A DNA stretch of 64,000 nucleotides, taken from assembly GCA_964016885.1 (NCBI GenBank), contig OZ024760.1:6138001-6202000 (forward strand), written 5' to 3'. Below the pieces are notes generated by a model. It made no database searches. It saw only the letters and a program-made list of their open reading frames with translations, and was not told the origin of the DNA. Below, piece after piece: positions 1 to 11,810 of the stretch. Made by a program: the position numbers and the translations under genes. This stretch comes from Eledone cirrhosa. Taxonomy: Eukaryota. Position 1 is the first letter of the stretch; the number at the start of each line of letters is the position of its first letter.

Positions 1-354
1 CTATTGTTAGAAAAATAATATTTAGTCTTAATAATGGCTGGTTTTTAATATTTTTCCTTTGCTCCAATAAATCTTTCTTTCTTTATTCCCTTGACATAAT
101 AATAATATTACTATTAATAATAATATATTAATCCTTTTGTTAACATATTTCTAATGAAAGACCCTGACTATAATTTTCAAATAATTTGGAAAATAATCAG
201 GAATATTGAGGGATTTAGAGATTTCATAATATAACCATCTTTTTCATTATTAAGTTGCTGTTTGTGCCATAACAAAGGTTCTTACACAAAATTATTATAT
301 TAAAATTAATATAAACACTTTAACCAATCATTTTGGAAATAATGAAGAATATGG

Positions 355-570
355 AGCGGAGCACTAAAAGTTGATGGAAGCCTTGGAGTGGGGAGACACA
401 AGAAAACCTGGGATGAGGTGATAAAAGCTGACCTTGCTCAATCGCACCTCTCAAATGCAATGACACAGGAACAAGACCTCTGGCGTTACGCAGTAATACA
501 GAAGAACCGACTTCCCATGGGTATAAGGCGCAGCTGAAGCATATAGACAGTATACCCCCCACCCCCACCC
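355..570 (+). mobile_element. Diverged 3' fragment of RTE LINE family A (ORF C-terminus plus start of 3' UTR)
   Basis: Translates to ALKVDGSLGVGRHKKTWDEVIKADLAQSHLSNAMTQEQDLWRYAVIQ, matching the C-terminus of the 51180-54299 ORF. Followed by ctgaagcatata...ccccc as in that element's UTR. Confidence 0.85.
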
Positions 571-2712
571 ACTGTAAAGTGGTTGTGTAGGTGTCACGAC
601 AAAAAGCACCCAGTCCACACCGTAAAGTGGTTGGGTAGGTGTCACAGTAAAAAGCACCCAGTCCACACTGTAAAGTGGTTGGATAGGTGTCACAGTAAAA
701 AGCACCCAGTCCACACTGCAAAGTGATTGAGTAGGTGTCACAGTAAAAAGTACCCAGTCCACACTGTAAAATGGTTGGGTAGGTGTCACAGTAAAAAGTA
801 CCCAGTCCACACTGTAAAATGGTTGGGTAGGTGTCACAACAAAAAGCACCCAGTCCACACTGTAAAGTGGTTGAGTAGGTGTCACAGTAAAAAGCACCCA
901 GGCCACACTGCAAAGTGATTGAGTAGGTGTCACAGTAAAAAGTACCCAGTCCACACTGTAAAATGGTTGGGTAGGTGTCACAGCAAAAAGTACCCAGTCC
1001 ACACTGTAAAGTGGTTGAGTAGGTGTCACAGTAAAAAGCACCCAGTCCACACTGTAAAGTGGTTGAGTAGGTGTCACGACAAAAAGCACCCAGTCCACAC
1101 TGTAAAGTGGTTGGGTAGGTGTCACAGTAAAAAGCACCCAGTCCACACTGCAAAGTGATTGAGTAGGTGTCACAGTAAAAAGTACCCAGTCCACACTGTA
1201 AAATGGTTGGGTAGGTGTCACAGCAAAAAGTACCCAGTCCACACTGTAAAGTGGTTGAGTAGGTGTCACAGTAAAAAGCACCCAGTCCACACTGTAAAAT
1301 GGTTGGGTAGGTGTCACAGTAAAAAGCACCCAGTCCACACTGTAAAATGGTTGGGTAGGTGTCACGACAAAAAGCACCCAGTCCACACTGTAAAGTGGTT
1401 GAGTAGGTGTCACAGTAAAAAGCACCCAGTCCACACTGCAAAGTGATTGAGTAGGTGTCACAGTAAAAAGTACCCAGTCCACACTGTAAAATGGTTGGGT
1501 AGGTGTCACAGCAAAAAGTACCCAGTCCACACTGTAAAGTGGTTGAGTAGGTGTCACAGTAAAAAGCACCCAGTCCACACTGTAAAATGGTTGGGTAGGT
1601 GTCACAGTAAAAAGCACCCAGTCCACACTGTAAAATGGTTGGGTAGGTGTCACGACAAAAAGCACCCAGTCCACACTGTAAAATGGTTGTGTAGGTGTCA
1701 CAGTAAAAAGCACCCAGTCCACGCTGTAAAATGGTTGGGTAGGTGTCACAACAAAAAGCACCCAGGCCACACTGTAAAATGGTTGGGTAGGTGTCACAGT
1801 AAAAAGCACCCAGTCCACACTGTAAAATGGTTGGATAGGTGTCACAGCAAAAAGTACCCAGTCCACACTGTAAAGTGGTTGGGTAGGTGTCACAGTAAAA
1901 AGTACCCAGTCCACACTGTAAAGTGGTTGGATAGGTGTCACAGTAAAAAGCACCCAGTCCACACTGCAAAGTGATTGAGTAGGTGTCACAGTAAAAAGTA
2001 CCCAGTCCACACTGTAAAGTGGTTGTGTAGGTGTCACAGTAAAAAGCACCCAGTCCACACTGTAAAATGGTTGGGTAGGTGTCACAGTAAAAAGCACCCA
2101 GTCCACACTGTAAAATGGTTGGGTAGGTGTCACAACAAAAAGCACCCAGTCCACACTGTAAAATGGTTGGGTAGGTGTCACAGTAAAAAGCACCCAGTCC
2201 ACACTGTAAAATGGTTGGGTAGGTGTCACAGTAAAAAGCACCCAGTCCACACTGTAAAGTGGTTGTGTAGGTGTCACAGTAAAAAGTACCCAGTCCACAC
2301 TGTAAATTTGGTTGTGTAGGTGTCAAAGTAAAAAGTACCCAGTCCACACTGTAAAGTGGTTGTGTAGGTGTCACAGTAAAAAGCACCCAGTCCACACTGT
2401 AAAATGGTTGGGTAGGTGTCACAACAAAAAGCACCCAGTCCACACTGTAAAATGGTTGGGTAGGTGTCACAGTAAAAAGCACCCAGTCCACACTGTAAAA
2501 TGGTTGGGTAGGTGTCTCAGTAAAAAGTACCCAGTCCACACTGTAAATTTGGTTGTGTAGGTGTCAAAGTAAAAAGCACCCAGCCCACACTGTAAAGTGG
2601 TTGGGTAGGTGTCACAGTAAAAAGCACCCAGTCCACACAGTAAAGTGGTTGTGTAGGTGTCACAGCAAAAAGCACCCAGTCCAAACTGGAAAGTGGTCGT
2701 GTAGGCGTCACG
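570..2712. repeat. 48-bp tandem array (about 45 copies) derived from the RTE 3' UTR subrepeat
   Basis: Unit cccagtccacactgtaaagtggttgggtaggtgtcacagtaaaaagca; homologous to aaaagcacccagcccacactgtaaagtggacgtgtaggcgccacg at 27600-27646. Confidence 0.95.
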
Positions 2713-3333
2713 TGTTTGCACGTTTATATTGATATACTCATACATATAAATGTATGCATATGCACATACACACATACACGTCAACGTGTTGAAAAAAAAA
2801 TCCTAGTATTATTAAACTGGTGTTTGGAACCCAACAAAAATTCTTACACAAAATTATTATATTAAAATTAATATAAACACTTTAATCAATCTTTTTGTTA
2901 ACACATTTCCTCTCAAGGATGTTCAAAGCATTTTGAAAATATTCAAGAATTTGGAGGGATTTAATAATATAACTAAATATTTTACTATTAAGCTGGGACG
3001 TAACAAATGTTCTTACATAAAATTATGATGGAAGAGGTTTTTAGATAATAATAAATACTTTAACTCTTTCATTACCATATTTTTAATAAGACACAGCCAA
3101 GGAATTTTCTAATCATTTTGAAAAAAAACTTAAGAATTTGGGAGAATTTAGTAAAATAATTAAATCAAGTTGGTGTTTGGAACATAACTTAAGAAGGCTT
3201 CTTACATAAAATTATAAAGGCAGTGTTTATTATTTGAAAACAATTAAGAATTTGAAGTGATTTAATAATATAATCAATTTCCTATTATTAAGATTATTAA
3301 CAGCAAATGTTATTACATAACATTATGATGGAA

Positions 3334-3453
3334 TTACGATCTGAGTTCAAATCCCGCCGAGGTTGACTTTGCCTTTCATCCTTACGGGGTCGATAAAATA
3401 AAGTACCAGTAATGCACTGGATAATTGCTGGCCTTGTGCCTAAAGTAGAAACA
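3334..3453 (+). mobile_element. SINE family A, 5'-truncated
   Basis: B box gagttcaaatcc, body gactttgcctttcatccttacggggtcgataaaataaagtacc, TSD attatgatggaa (3322-3333 / 3454-3465). Confidence 0.85.
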
Positions 3454-3495
3454 ATTATGATGGAAAGGAATTTGGTAGGATTTAATTTAGTAATA

Positions 3496-3646
3496 TACCA
3501 TTAATACTCGAATATAAGCTGATCCCACCATTTTTATGTCTGAGAAATGGGCAAAAATCCAAACCTTATTTACATAGAATTTGAAGCTGGTGAAAATAGT
3601 CAAAATATTTACATATTCCTCAGCTTACATTCAAGTATACAGGGTA
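3496..3646. mobile_element. pogo/Tigger-like (Tc1-mariner) MITE
   Basis: Imperfect TIRs taccattaatactcgaatataagctga / tcagcttacattcaagtatacagggta with TA ends. Confidence 0.55.
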
Positions 3647-3725
3647 ACTAACAAAATTAAGTTGCTGCTTGGAACATAACTGCACAAATTTTCTTACATA
3701 AAATCATGATAGAAGTCTTTTAGAT

Positions 3726-3800
3726 CAGTGGTTCCCAACGTTTTTTTAGCTCATGGCTCACCTTGAACCCAGAATTTTTTCTATGGCCCATGAAATTATT
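3726..3800 (+). mobile_element. hAT (Charlie/Buster-like) MITE left end
   Basis: Terminus cagtggttcccaac preceded by ttttagat (nnnTAnnn target pattern); right end not found. Confidence 0.45.
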
Positions 3801-3982
3801 ATAGTGTAAAAAAATTACTTCTATTTTACATAGAATATATCCAATAGTCCCAGTTATTTTCAGAATTTTCCTTAGAATCTAACTAATAGTTGTTCATGAA
3901 AACCTCCACATATTCGCAGAATCGTAAATACCTTCCGCAGTTGTTTTAAATGGCTTTTTTAACGCTAAATTATTAATAACAA

Positions 3983-4172
3983 TCCTTGAACAAGACACTT
4001 TATTTCACATTGCTCCAGTTTACTCAGCTGTAAAAATGAGATGATAGGACTGGGGTCCTTATCATTCCACTGTAAAGTGGACGTGTAGGCGCCATGGAAA
4101 AAAAGCACCCAGCACTTACTGTAAATGAGGTTGGTGTTAGGGAGGGCATCCAGCTGTAGGAATCAAGCCAGA
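3983..4172 (+). mobile_element. SINE family B internal fragment
   Basis: Matches 8244-8432 (tccttga.caagacactttatttcacattgctccagtttactcagctg...aagcc). Confidence 0.75.
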
Positions 4173-4419
4173 AGTCTCCACTGCTTAAGTTTCTAAGATA
4201 AACATATCAGAAAGCAGCCGATACTTCAACAACTTGCATTCTTCAGCTTGTCAGGCAACAAAACCTGGGCTTGTCATATCATAGAATGCACCAGGTTGCT
4301 ACCGAAGATGATATCACTACTACAGATCATGTCTCTGAAGAGGATCTTAGCACTGTAGAAAGGGTGGGGTGATTGTGATTTTGTCTGGTGGTGTTATTGT
4401 TTTTATATATTTTTTTTAG

Positions 4420-4528
4420 ATATCATTAAAACAGATGTGTCAAGAGGCAAGCTGTTATCTTAAAAGGGTTAATTTTATTTCAACCAATTATCGTAACAGA
4501 CAGAATTATGCTGTTATCAGAGGTCAAT
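4420..4528 (+). other. Candidate isolated coding exon of an unknown host gene
   Basis: Poly-T tract plus AG at 4418-4419, open frame ISLKQMCQEASCYLKRVNFISTNYRNRQNYAVIRGQ, GTAAG donor at 4529; the other two frames are closed. No homolog recognised. Confidence 0.25.
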
Positions 4529-5047
4529 GTAAGATATACATTGCCTCTATCTTCATGGTTTCTTTTTTTTTTTTATTATTATTGATTGATTTGTTTAAGT
4601 TTTTCAAATTTTGTTTTTGTTTTCATAAAATTTTTATTTTATTTTATTTTAATTTATTTATTTATTTGATTATTTATTTTTTATTTCTATTTTTGTATTT
4701 TCTAATTTTTCTTTAAACAACTTTTCCCCACGTGAGCAAGCGTATAAACAGCATCTTAGAATATTGGACACGCTGTGGTAGAATTTGGCGATTATTTACC
4801 AGCTCGCTGGTGTTTAAGTAGTGTTATATATATATGTGTGTATATGTGTATATATACACACACGTGTGTGTGTGTATATGTGTATATATACACACACATG
4901 TGTGTGTGTATATATATCATCATCACCGTTTTACGTCCGTTATATATATATATATACACATATACACACATATGCAAAATTGAGATGTGTCACAGTGCCT
5001 GCTGGATATTCACCTGTAAAATATGCATTTCTGAAATATAATCTGTA

Positions 5048-5116
<69 letters not shown>

Positions 5117-5964
5117 ACACACATAAATAAATACAAGCATACATACATATATTTATATATATATATATTATATATACGGTTTTAAAATTTTATTTTCAAG
5201 AAGATAACGCTTATCTTTGTTGAAGAATTTATAATAAATTTCTTGTAAATATGAGGAACTCTACTTTGGTAAATCCGAAATCAATAGTAAGTCTTCAGTT
5301 ATATCATCAACATGAAATATATTGATGTCAGATTTTGATATATGAGCAAGCTAAGCTTAGCTTATGCATAATTTCACGAAACTGCTAATGTAAATGCAAT
5401 AACGAATCTAATTCTTCGTAATACTAGACCTATTAAAGATTTTTTAAATATGTTGTATGATGCATGAAATTAGATTTTTTTTTTTTTTGGTTTGTTTGTT
5501 GTTGTTATTGTTGTTTGTTTGTTTTTTGTTTTTTTTTGTTTTATAATAAGTCAGGCTTTTTTTTGGCTATTGCTTTTTTCTTGTTTTCTTTTAGCTCTCT
5601 TTAAATTTTTATATATGAGATATGAGATTCAATATAGGTTTTATATGATAGAAATGTAATGTTCATGTATACAGCTTACTATAGTATATCATATATATTT
5701 ATATATAAGAGAGAGAGAGCTAACTATATATATATATACACACACATATATAGCTTACTATAGTATATCATATATATCTATATATATATATTGATTCCAG
5801 AGTCTGGCCAGATTGATTCAGATCGAGTCTTGAGCTGATCAATTGTGAAACACACGTCACACCTCAATAAATGTAATGAAGCTCTAACACCGCATCCTTT
5901 TTATTATTACTATATATATATAGGCTTGATGCCCAGTGCTGCATGGCTGGAATGAAAACCAGTG

Positions 5965-7490
5965 TTGTATCTTGGATACTGACAGAAAGAATATGATTGT
6001 GAATACAAGTGGGCTGAAGTGGGATTCCTCCGAAGGTTCTTTGGAGTAACGTTACTTGATAAAGTGCGTAGCTCAAAGATCAGAGAGTCACTCCAGGTAG
6101 AGCCACTACTTCTCTGAATTGAGAGATCACAGCTCTGATACTATGGTTAGAATGTCCCAGGAAAGAATCGCTGGACAGATTTGTAGCTCAGAGATCAGTG
6201 AGTCACTCCAGGTAGAGCCACTACTTCTCTGAATTGAGAGATCACATCTCTGATACTATGGGCATGTGGTTAGAATGTCCCAGGAAAGAATCGCTGGACA
6301 GATTTGTAGCTCAGAGATCAGTGAGTCACTCCAGGTAGAGCCACTACTTCTCTGAATTGAGAGATCACATCTCTGATACTATGGGCATGTGGTTAGAATG
6401 TCCCAGGAAAGAATCGCTGGACAGATTTGTAGCTCAGAGATCAGTGAGTCACTCCAGGTAGAGCCACTACTTCTCTGAATTGAGAGATCACATCTCTGAT
6501 ACTATGGGCATGTGGTTAGAATGTCCCAGGAAAGAATCGCTGGACAGATTTGTAGCTCAGAGATCAGTGAGTCACTCCAGGTAGAGCCACTACTTCTCTG
6601 AATTGAGAGATCACATCTCTGATACTATGGGCATGTGGTTAGAATGTCCCAGGAAAGAATCGCTGGACAGATTTGTAGCTCAGAGATCAGTGAGTCACTC
6701 CAGGTAGAGCCACTACTTCTCTGAATTGAGAGATCACATCTCTGATACTATGGACATGTGGTTAGAATGTCTCAGGAAAGAATCACTGGACAGATTTGTA
6801 GCTCAGAGATCAGTGAGTCACTCCAGATAGAGCCACTACTTCTCTGAATTGAGAGATCACAGTTATGATACTATGGGCATGTGGTTAGAATGTCCCAGGA
6901 AAGAATCGCTGGACAGATTTGTAGCTCAGAGATCAGAGAGTCACTCCAGGTAGAGCTGCTACTTCTCTGAATTAAGAGATCACAGCTCTGATACTATGGT
7001 TAGAAAGTCCCAGGAAAGAATCGCTGGACAGATTTGTAGCTCAGAGATCAGAGAGTCACTCCAGGTAGAGCTGCTACTTCTCTGAATTAAGAGATCACAG
7101 CTCTGATACTATGGTTAGAAAGTCCCAGGAAAGAATCGCTGGACAGATTTGTAGCTCAGAGATCAGAGAGTCACTCCAGGTAGAGCTGCTACTTCTCTGA
7201 ATTAAGAGATCACAGCTCTGATACTATGGTTAGAAAGTCCTAGGAAAGAATCGCTGGACAGATTTGTAGCTCAGAGATCAGTGAGTCACTCCAAGTAGAG
7301 CCACTACTGGACAGATTTTACGGGTAAAACCAACTGGCAAGAGACCCAGGGGTAGACCCCGAGCAAGATGGTTGCATAACATCTATGAACTTGGCTGGTC
7401 TTGCCTAGGGACCCAGCTGGATCAATTGGAGACAGTTGCTTCTGACAGGACTTGATGGAGTGAGTGTGTAAGGAATTACTCCCATGGACC
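5965..7490 (+). mobile_element. Decayed Rex3/Expander-like RTE LINE 3' fragment
   Basis: Conceptual translation GFLRRFFGVTLLDKVRSSKIRESLQVEPLLL*IERSQL*YYGHVVRM...KPTGKRPRGRPRARW..., with stops. Confidence 0.75.
6068..7308. repeat. 115/123-bp tandem array (10 copies plus a partial) inside the LINE fragment
   Basis: Unit starts at 6068, 6183, 6306, 6429, 6552, 6675, 6798, 6921, 7036, 7151, 7266; the two lengths differ by an 8-bp indel (gcatgtgg). Confidence 0.95.
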
Positions 7491-7819
7491 ACTGATTGGC
7501 GAGTGCTGGTCTAGTTTCTCTCTGTTATTTATTACACCGCCATCACTTCCGAAAAGTGTTGCAGTTGTGACTCACGGACAAATATGTTTTACAACTATTG
7601 TAATATATAGTCTAGTTTCCCCTCTACCAACCCTTTTTAAACTTTAAACCCTTTCATTGTTAACTTCATGCTTACTATTATTATTATTATTATTATTATT
7701 TCCTCCTCAATCGTTTGATTTGCTTTAATCTGTAGAGATAAGTTATCTAAGTTGTGTGTTGCTATGTAAACACCATTTAATTGGTCCAAACTTTATCTAT
7801 ATTCATTAACACTTAGTTT

Positions 7820-7851
<32 letters not shown>

Positions 7852-8161
7852 TGTCATTGTCTACTACTATCATCATCATAGTTCACAGTGTTTCATGAAA
7901 ATGTGCAGTAAACTGGAGTAAAGACTTTAATATTTAATAGAACGTAATTGTAGTGTTTTTTTGTATTTTACAAGAATGTCTTTCAACATGTGAGTCATTA
8001 ATTGGCAGAGTCAGTAGAGCGTCAGGTAGAATGCTTTGTGGTTTTCGTTCCGGCTCTTGGCCTGGAGAAGGATGGGCTCCGTCAGGCTTAAAATGCTGTA
8101 TGTCAATGTTTATAGTAACTTTACTAGCTGACAGATCATTGTGAAAATTTAGACTTATAAA

Positions 8162-8503
8162 GAGGCATGGCTTAGTGGTTAGAGCATTGGCCTTGCAATC
8201 GAAAGGTTGTGAGTTCAATTCTCAGACCGGGTGATGTGTTGTTTCCTTGAGCAAGACACTTTATTTCACATTGCTCCAGTTTACTCAGCTGTAGAAATGA
8301 GATGATAGGGACTGGGGTCCATATCATTCCACTGCAAAGTGATTGTGGAGGTGCCATGGCAAAAAGCACCCAGCACTCACTGTAAATGAGGTTGGTGTTA
8401 GGAAGGGCATCCAGCTGTAGAAATCAAGCCAGAATCAGTTCCCGTCCCACCCTTGCAAGCAGGGAAAAAGCGGACGTAAAATGAAATGATGAAAAAATGA
8501 TGA
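8162..8503 (+). mobile_element. SINE family B, full length: tRNA head, CORE-like domain and RTE-derived tail
   Basis: A box tggcttagtgg, B box gagttcaattc, CORE-like tccttgagcaagacactt, tail nearly identical to the RTE family A 3' UTR (27647-27718), (tga)n-like end. Confidence 0.85.
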
Positions 8504-8857
8504 TATATATATATAAATTAACGATTTTATTTATGCATTATTTACAATTTGTGTGTAGGCAGATCTCTCTGGAAATAGGTTTGGGAGACGCTAAGGATAT
8601 TACATGACCATGAAGAGGGCGATGACCCAAAAAGTCTGAGAACCTGTGTACTACACAATGGGATAGAACCCGAAACCATAGAATGGTGGTGGTTGTAAAG
8701 TAAACTTCTTAAGCACACATTCATGTCTGTTGTTCATATATAAAAACAACAACAGTTTAATGGCTGTGACCTTTACCTATAGCAGGTAGTGGCAGTTGTC
8801 TTGAAGTCAAAGAAGCCCACGAAAATTACATACATACATGCATACATATATATATAC

Positions 8858-8971
<114 letters not shown>

Positions 8972-8993
8972 GTATATATATATATACATATAC

Positions 8994-9024
<31 letters not shown>

Positions 9025-9073
9025 CACACACTATAGCGATAATAATAAATAATAATAATAAATATGCATAGAC

Positions 9074-9475
9074 TCATCATCATCATCATCATCAACGTTT
9101 AACGTCCGTGTTCCACGCTTGCATGGGTTTGGACGGGGGTAGTCCCACTTGAGGCAAGAGTGATTGTCTTGCTCGCATAGGACTGTCTGGCAGGTTTTCT
9201 ACAGTTGGATGCCCTTCCTAACACCAACCACATTTACAGTGTGGGTCTGGGAGGTTTTTACCGTGTTGCCTACACGGCCACATTACAGCGTGGACTGTGT
9301 GTTTTTTTGTCGTGACACCTACACGATCTCATTTGTTTCGGCCCGGATGGCGCGGCACCAACATAACTTTACATAGAACGGGGTGGTGTGGATGGGGTGG
9401 GGGTGGTGGTGGTGGGACGGGGTGTATTTTGTTAGAGATGCCTACTGGCAAGGCGGGTCTTCTCTGTTACTGAGT
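9074..9475 (-). mobile_element. RTE family B 3' UTR fragment
   Basis: (cat)n tail plus gtttaacgtccgtgttccacgcttgcatgggtttggacg, shared with copies at 15526, 45895, 56561 and 63137. Confidence 0.85.
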
Positions 9476-9545
9476 ACGTCATATATATATATATTTATAT
9501 ACATACACATACACGCACATATACACTCATATATATGTGTGTTTG

Positions 9546-9592
<47 letters not shown>

Positions 9593-9659
9593 ACATGTGA
9601 TATATATGTACACACACATACATGTGTGTGTGTATATATATATGTATGTATGTTTATAA

Positions 9660-9709
<50 letters not shown>

Positions 9710-9762
9710 ACATGTGATATATATGTACACATACATGTGTGTGTATGTATGTATGTTTATAT

Positions 9763-9806
<44 letters not shown>

Positions 9807-10027
9807 CATGTGATATATATATGTACACATACATGTGTGTGTATGTATGTATGTTTATATATATATATATACACACACGTGTGTATATATATATATATAT
9901 ATCTACATGTGATATATATGTACACATACATACATGTGTGTGTATGTATGTATGTTTATATATATATATACACACACGTGTGTGTATATATATATATATA
10001 CACACGTGTATATATATATATACACAC

Positions 10028-10058
<31 letters not shown>

Positions 10059-10538
10059 CACAAATACACACACATGAATGTGTATATATACACACACAGA
10101 CACACATGTATGTGTATATATACACACACAGACACACATTCATGTGTATATATACACACACAGACACACATGTATGTGTATATATACACACACAGACACA
10201 CATGAATGTGTATATATACACACACAGACACACATGTATGTGTATATATACACACACAGACACACATGTATGTGTAAACTGTTGTTGACAACCTAAATCA
10301 CTATTACATATAGGAGTGACATTTTTACAGCGAACAAAAAGAAAAATATGCAGCAATCTGCACAAACGAGATGCATTTGCATAAAATAAAATAATGCACG
10401 CAAACCAATAGAAAGTCAAAATTTGACCTATTAACAGCAGAGATGCAGTAAAATCAATAAATACATTAATGCATTTATAAGTGCAGATGCAGCCATGTGG
10501 TCACAGGTTCAATTTGTATGTGTGTATTGGTGTGTGTG

Positions 10539-10573
<35 letters not shown>

Positions 10574-10683
10574 ATGTATATATGTGTGTATATATATATG
10601 TGTGTGTGTGTATATATATGTGTGTGTGTGTATGTGTGCGTGTGTATGTATATATGTGTGTGAGTGTGTATGTATGTGTGCGT

Positions 10684-11047
10684 CATCATCATCATCATCA
10701 TCATCACCGTTTTACGTCCGTTCTTCCACGCTAGCATGGGTTAGACGGGTTGTCCTGTTGTGTGCAGTGTCTGGTCGGCTGACCATGCCTTGCTCATACA
10801 GGAACTGATCTGGCTTGATTTCTACAGCTGGATGCCCTTCCTAACACCAACCTCATTTACAGTGTGGGCTGGGTGCTTTTTTGCCGTGGCACCTCCACGA
10901 CCACCTTGCGGTGGAGGGGGGGGGGGGCATATTGTTTATATGCTTCAGCATGTACCCATGGGAGGTCGGGTACCCTGTATTACTGCGTGACGCCAGAAGT
11001 CACGGTCGTGTGTCATTGACTTTGAGAGGTGTAGTTGGGTAAGGTCG
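10684..11047 (-). mobile_element. RTE family A, 5'-truncated young copy
   Basis: Near identical to 50838-51281; encodes DLTQLHLSKSMTHDRDFWRHAVIQGTRPPMGTC*. Confidence 0.92.
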
Positions 11048-11529
11048 TGTGTATGTATATATGTGTGTGTGTGTATATATGTGTGTGTGTGTGTATGTGT
11101 ATATATATGTGTGTGTATGTGTATATATATGTGTGTGTGTGTGTATGTATGTGTGTGTATATATATGTGTGTGTGTGTGTGTGTGTATATGTATTTATGT
11201 GTGTGTGTATATATATATATATGTGTGTGTATGTGTATATATATGTGTGTGTGTGTATGTATGTATGTGTGTGTATATATATGTGTGTGTGTAGGTTCAA
11301 TCTGTGTGTGTGTGTGTGTATATATATGTGTGTGTGCGCGTATATTTATATATGTATGCATGTGTATATATATATATATATGTGTGTGTGTGTATATGTG
11401 TGTGTATGTATATGTGTGTGTGTATATATATATATGTATGCATGTGTATATATATATATGTGTGTGTATATAGGTGTCTATATATATATGTGTGTCTATA
11501 TATATATATATATATGTGTGTATATTTTT

Positions 11530-11810
11530 TGGGGGGAAGAGAAAGTCGATTAAATTGACCCCAGGGCGTGACTGGTACTTTATTCTATCGACCCTGTAAG
11601 GATGAAAGGCAATGTTAACCTTGGCGGGATTTGAACTCAGATCATAAAGGGTCGTAACTCAACTCTATGCTGCAAAGCATGGTGTCCGACCCTCTACCGA
11701 TACTGCCAAACCACCGCCCTAGCATGGCGTCCGACCCTCTACCGATACTGCCAAACCACCGCCCTAGCATGGTGTCCGACCCTCTACCGATACTGCCAAA
11801 CCACCGCCCT
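11530..11810 (-). mobile_element. SINE family A with a triplicated 5' 44-bp segment
   Basis: agcatgg(t/c)gtccgaccctctaccgatactgccaaaccaccgccct occurs three times in tandem at 11677-11810. Confidence 0.8.

Larger units (their letters stand above)
2800..3720. repeat. Degenerate AT-rich repeat, continuing from 1-340, interrupted by TEs
   Basis: Motif ttcttaca(c/t)aaaattat recurs at about 280, 2841, 3010, 3199 and 3691, and similarly near 44436. Confidence 0.55.

Noticed and set aside
570-2712. CRISPR-like regular repeat (also the 123-bp and 144-bp arrays)
   Set aside because: Units are head-to-tail with no unique spacers, there are no cas genes, and the context is eukaryotic.
320-2784. Long ORFs (739 aa, 615 aa) with 16-aa periodic Cys/His-rich repeats
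   Set aside because: By-product of a stop-poor 48-bp tandem unit derived from a LINE UTR; several frames are open at once.
4335-4370. CTGAAGA...GAAA hammerhead-like strings (also at 27864, 31700 and 56951)
   Set aside because: No pairable stem II, stem III or stem I; the 27864 string lies in LINE coding sequence.
8162-8235. tRNA genes (also at 26650, 41845 and 61570)
   Set aside because: A and B boxes are present but there is no full cloverleaf, and they run into SINE bodies.
10370-10390. Octamer motif atttgcataaaat (also at 18183) as an enhancer
   Set aside because: Short AT-rich match expected by chance; no conservation data available.
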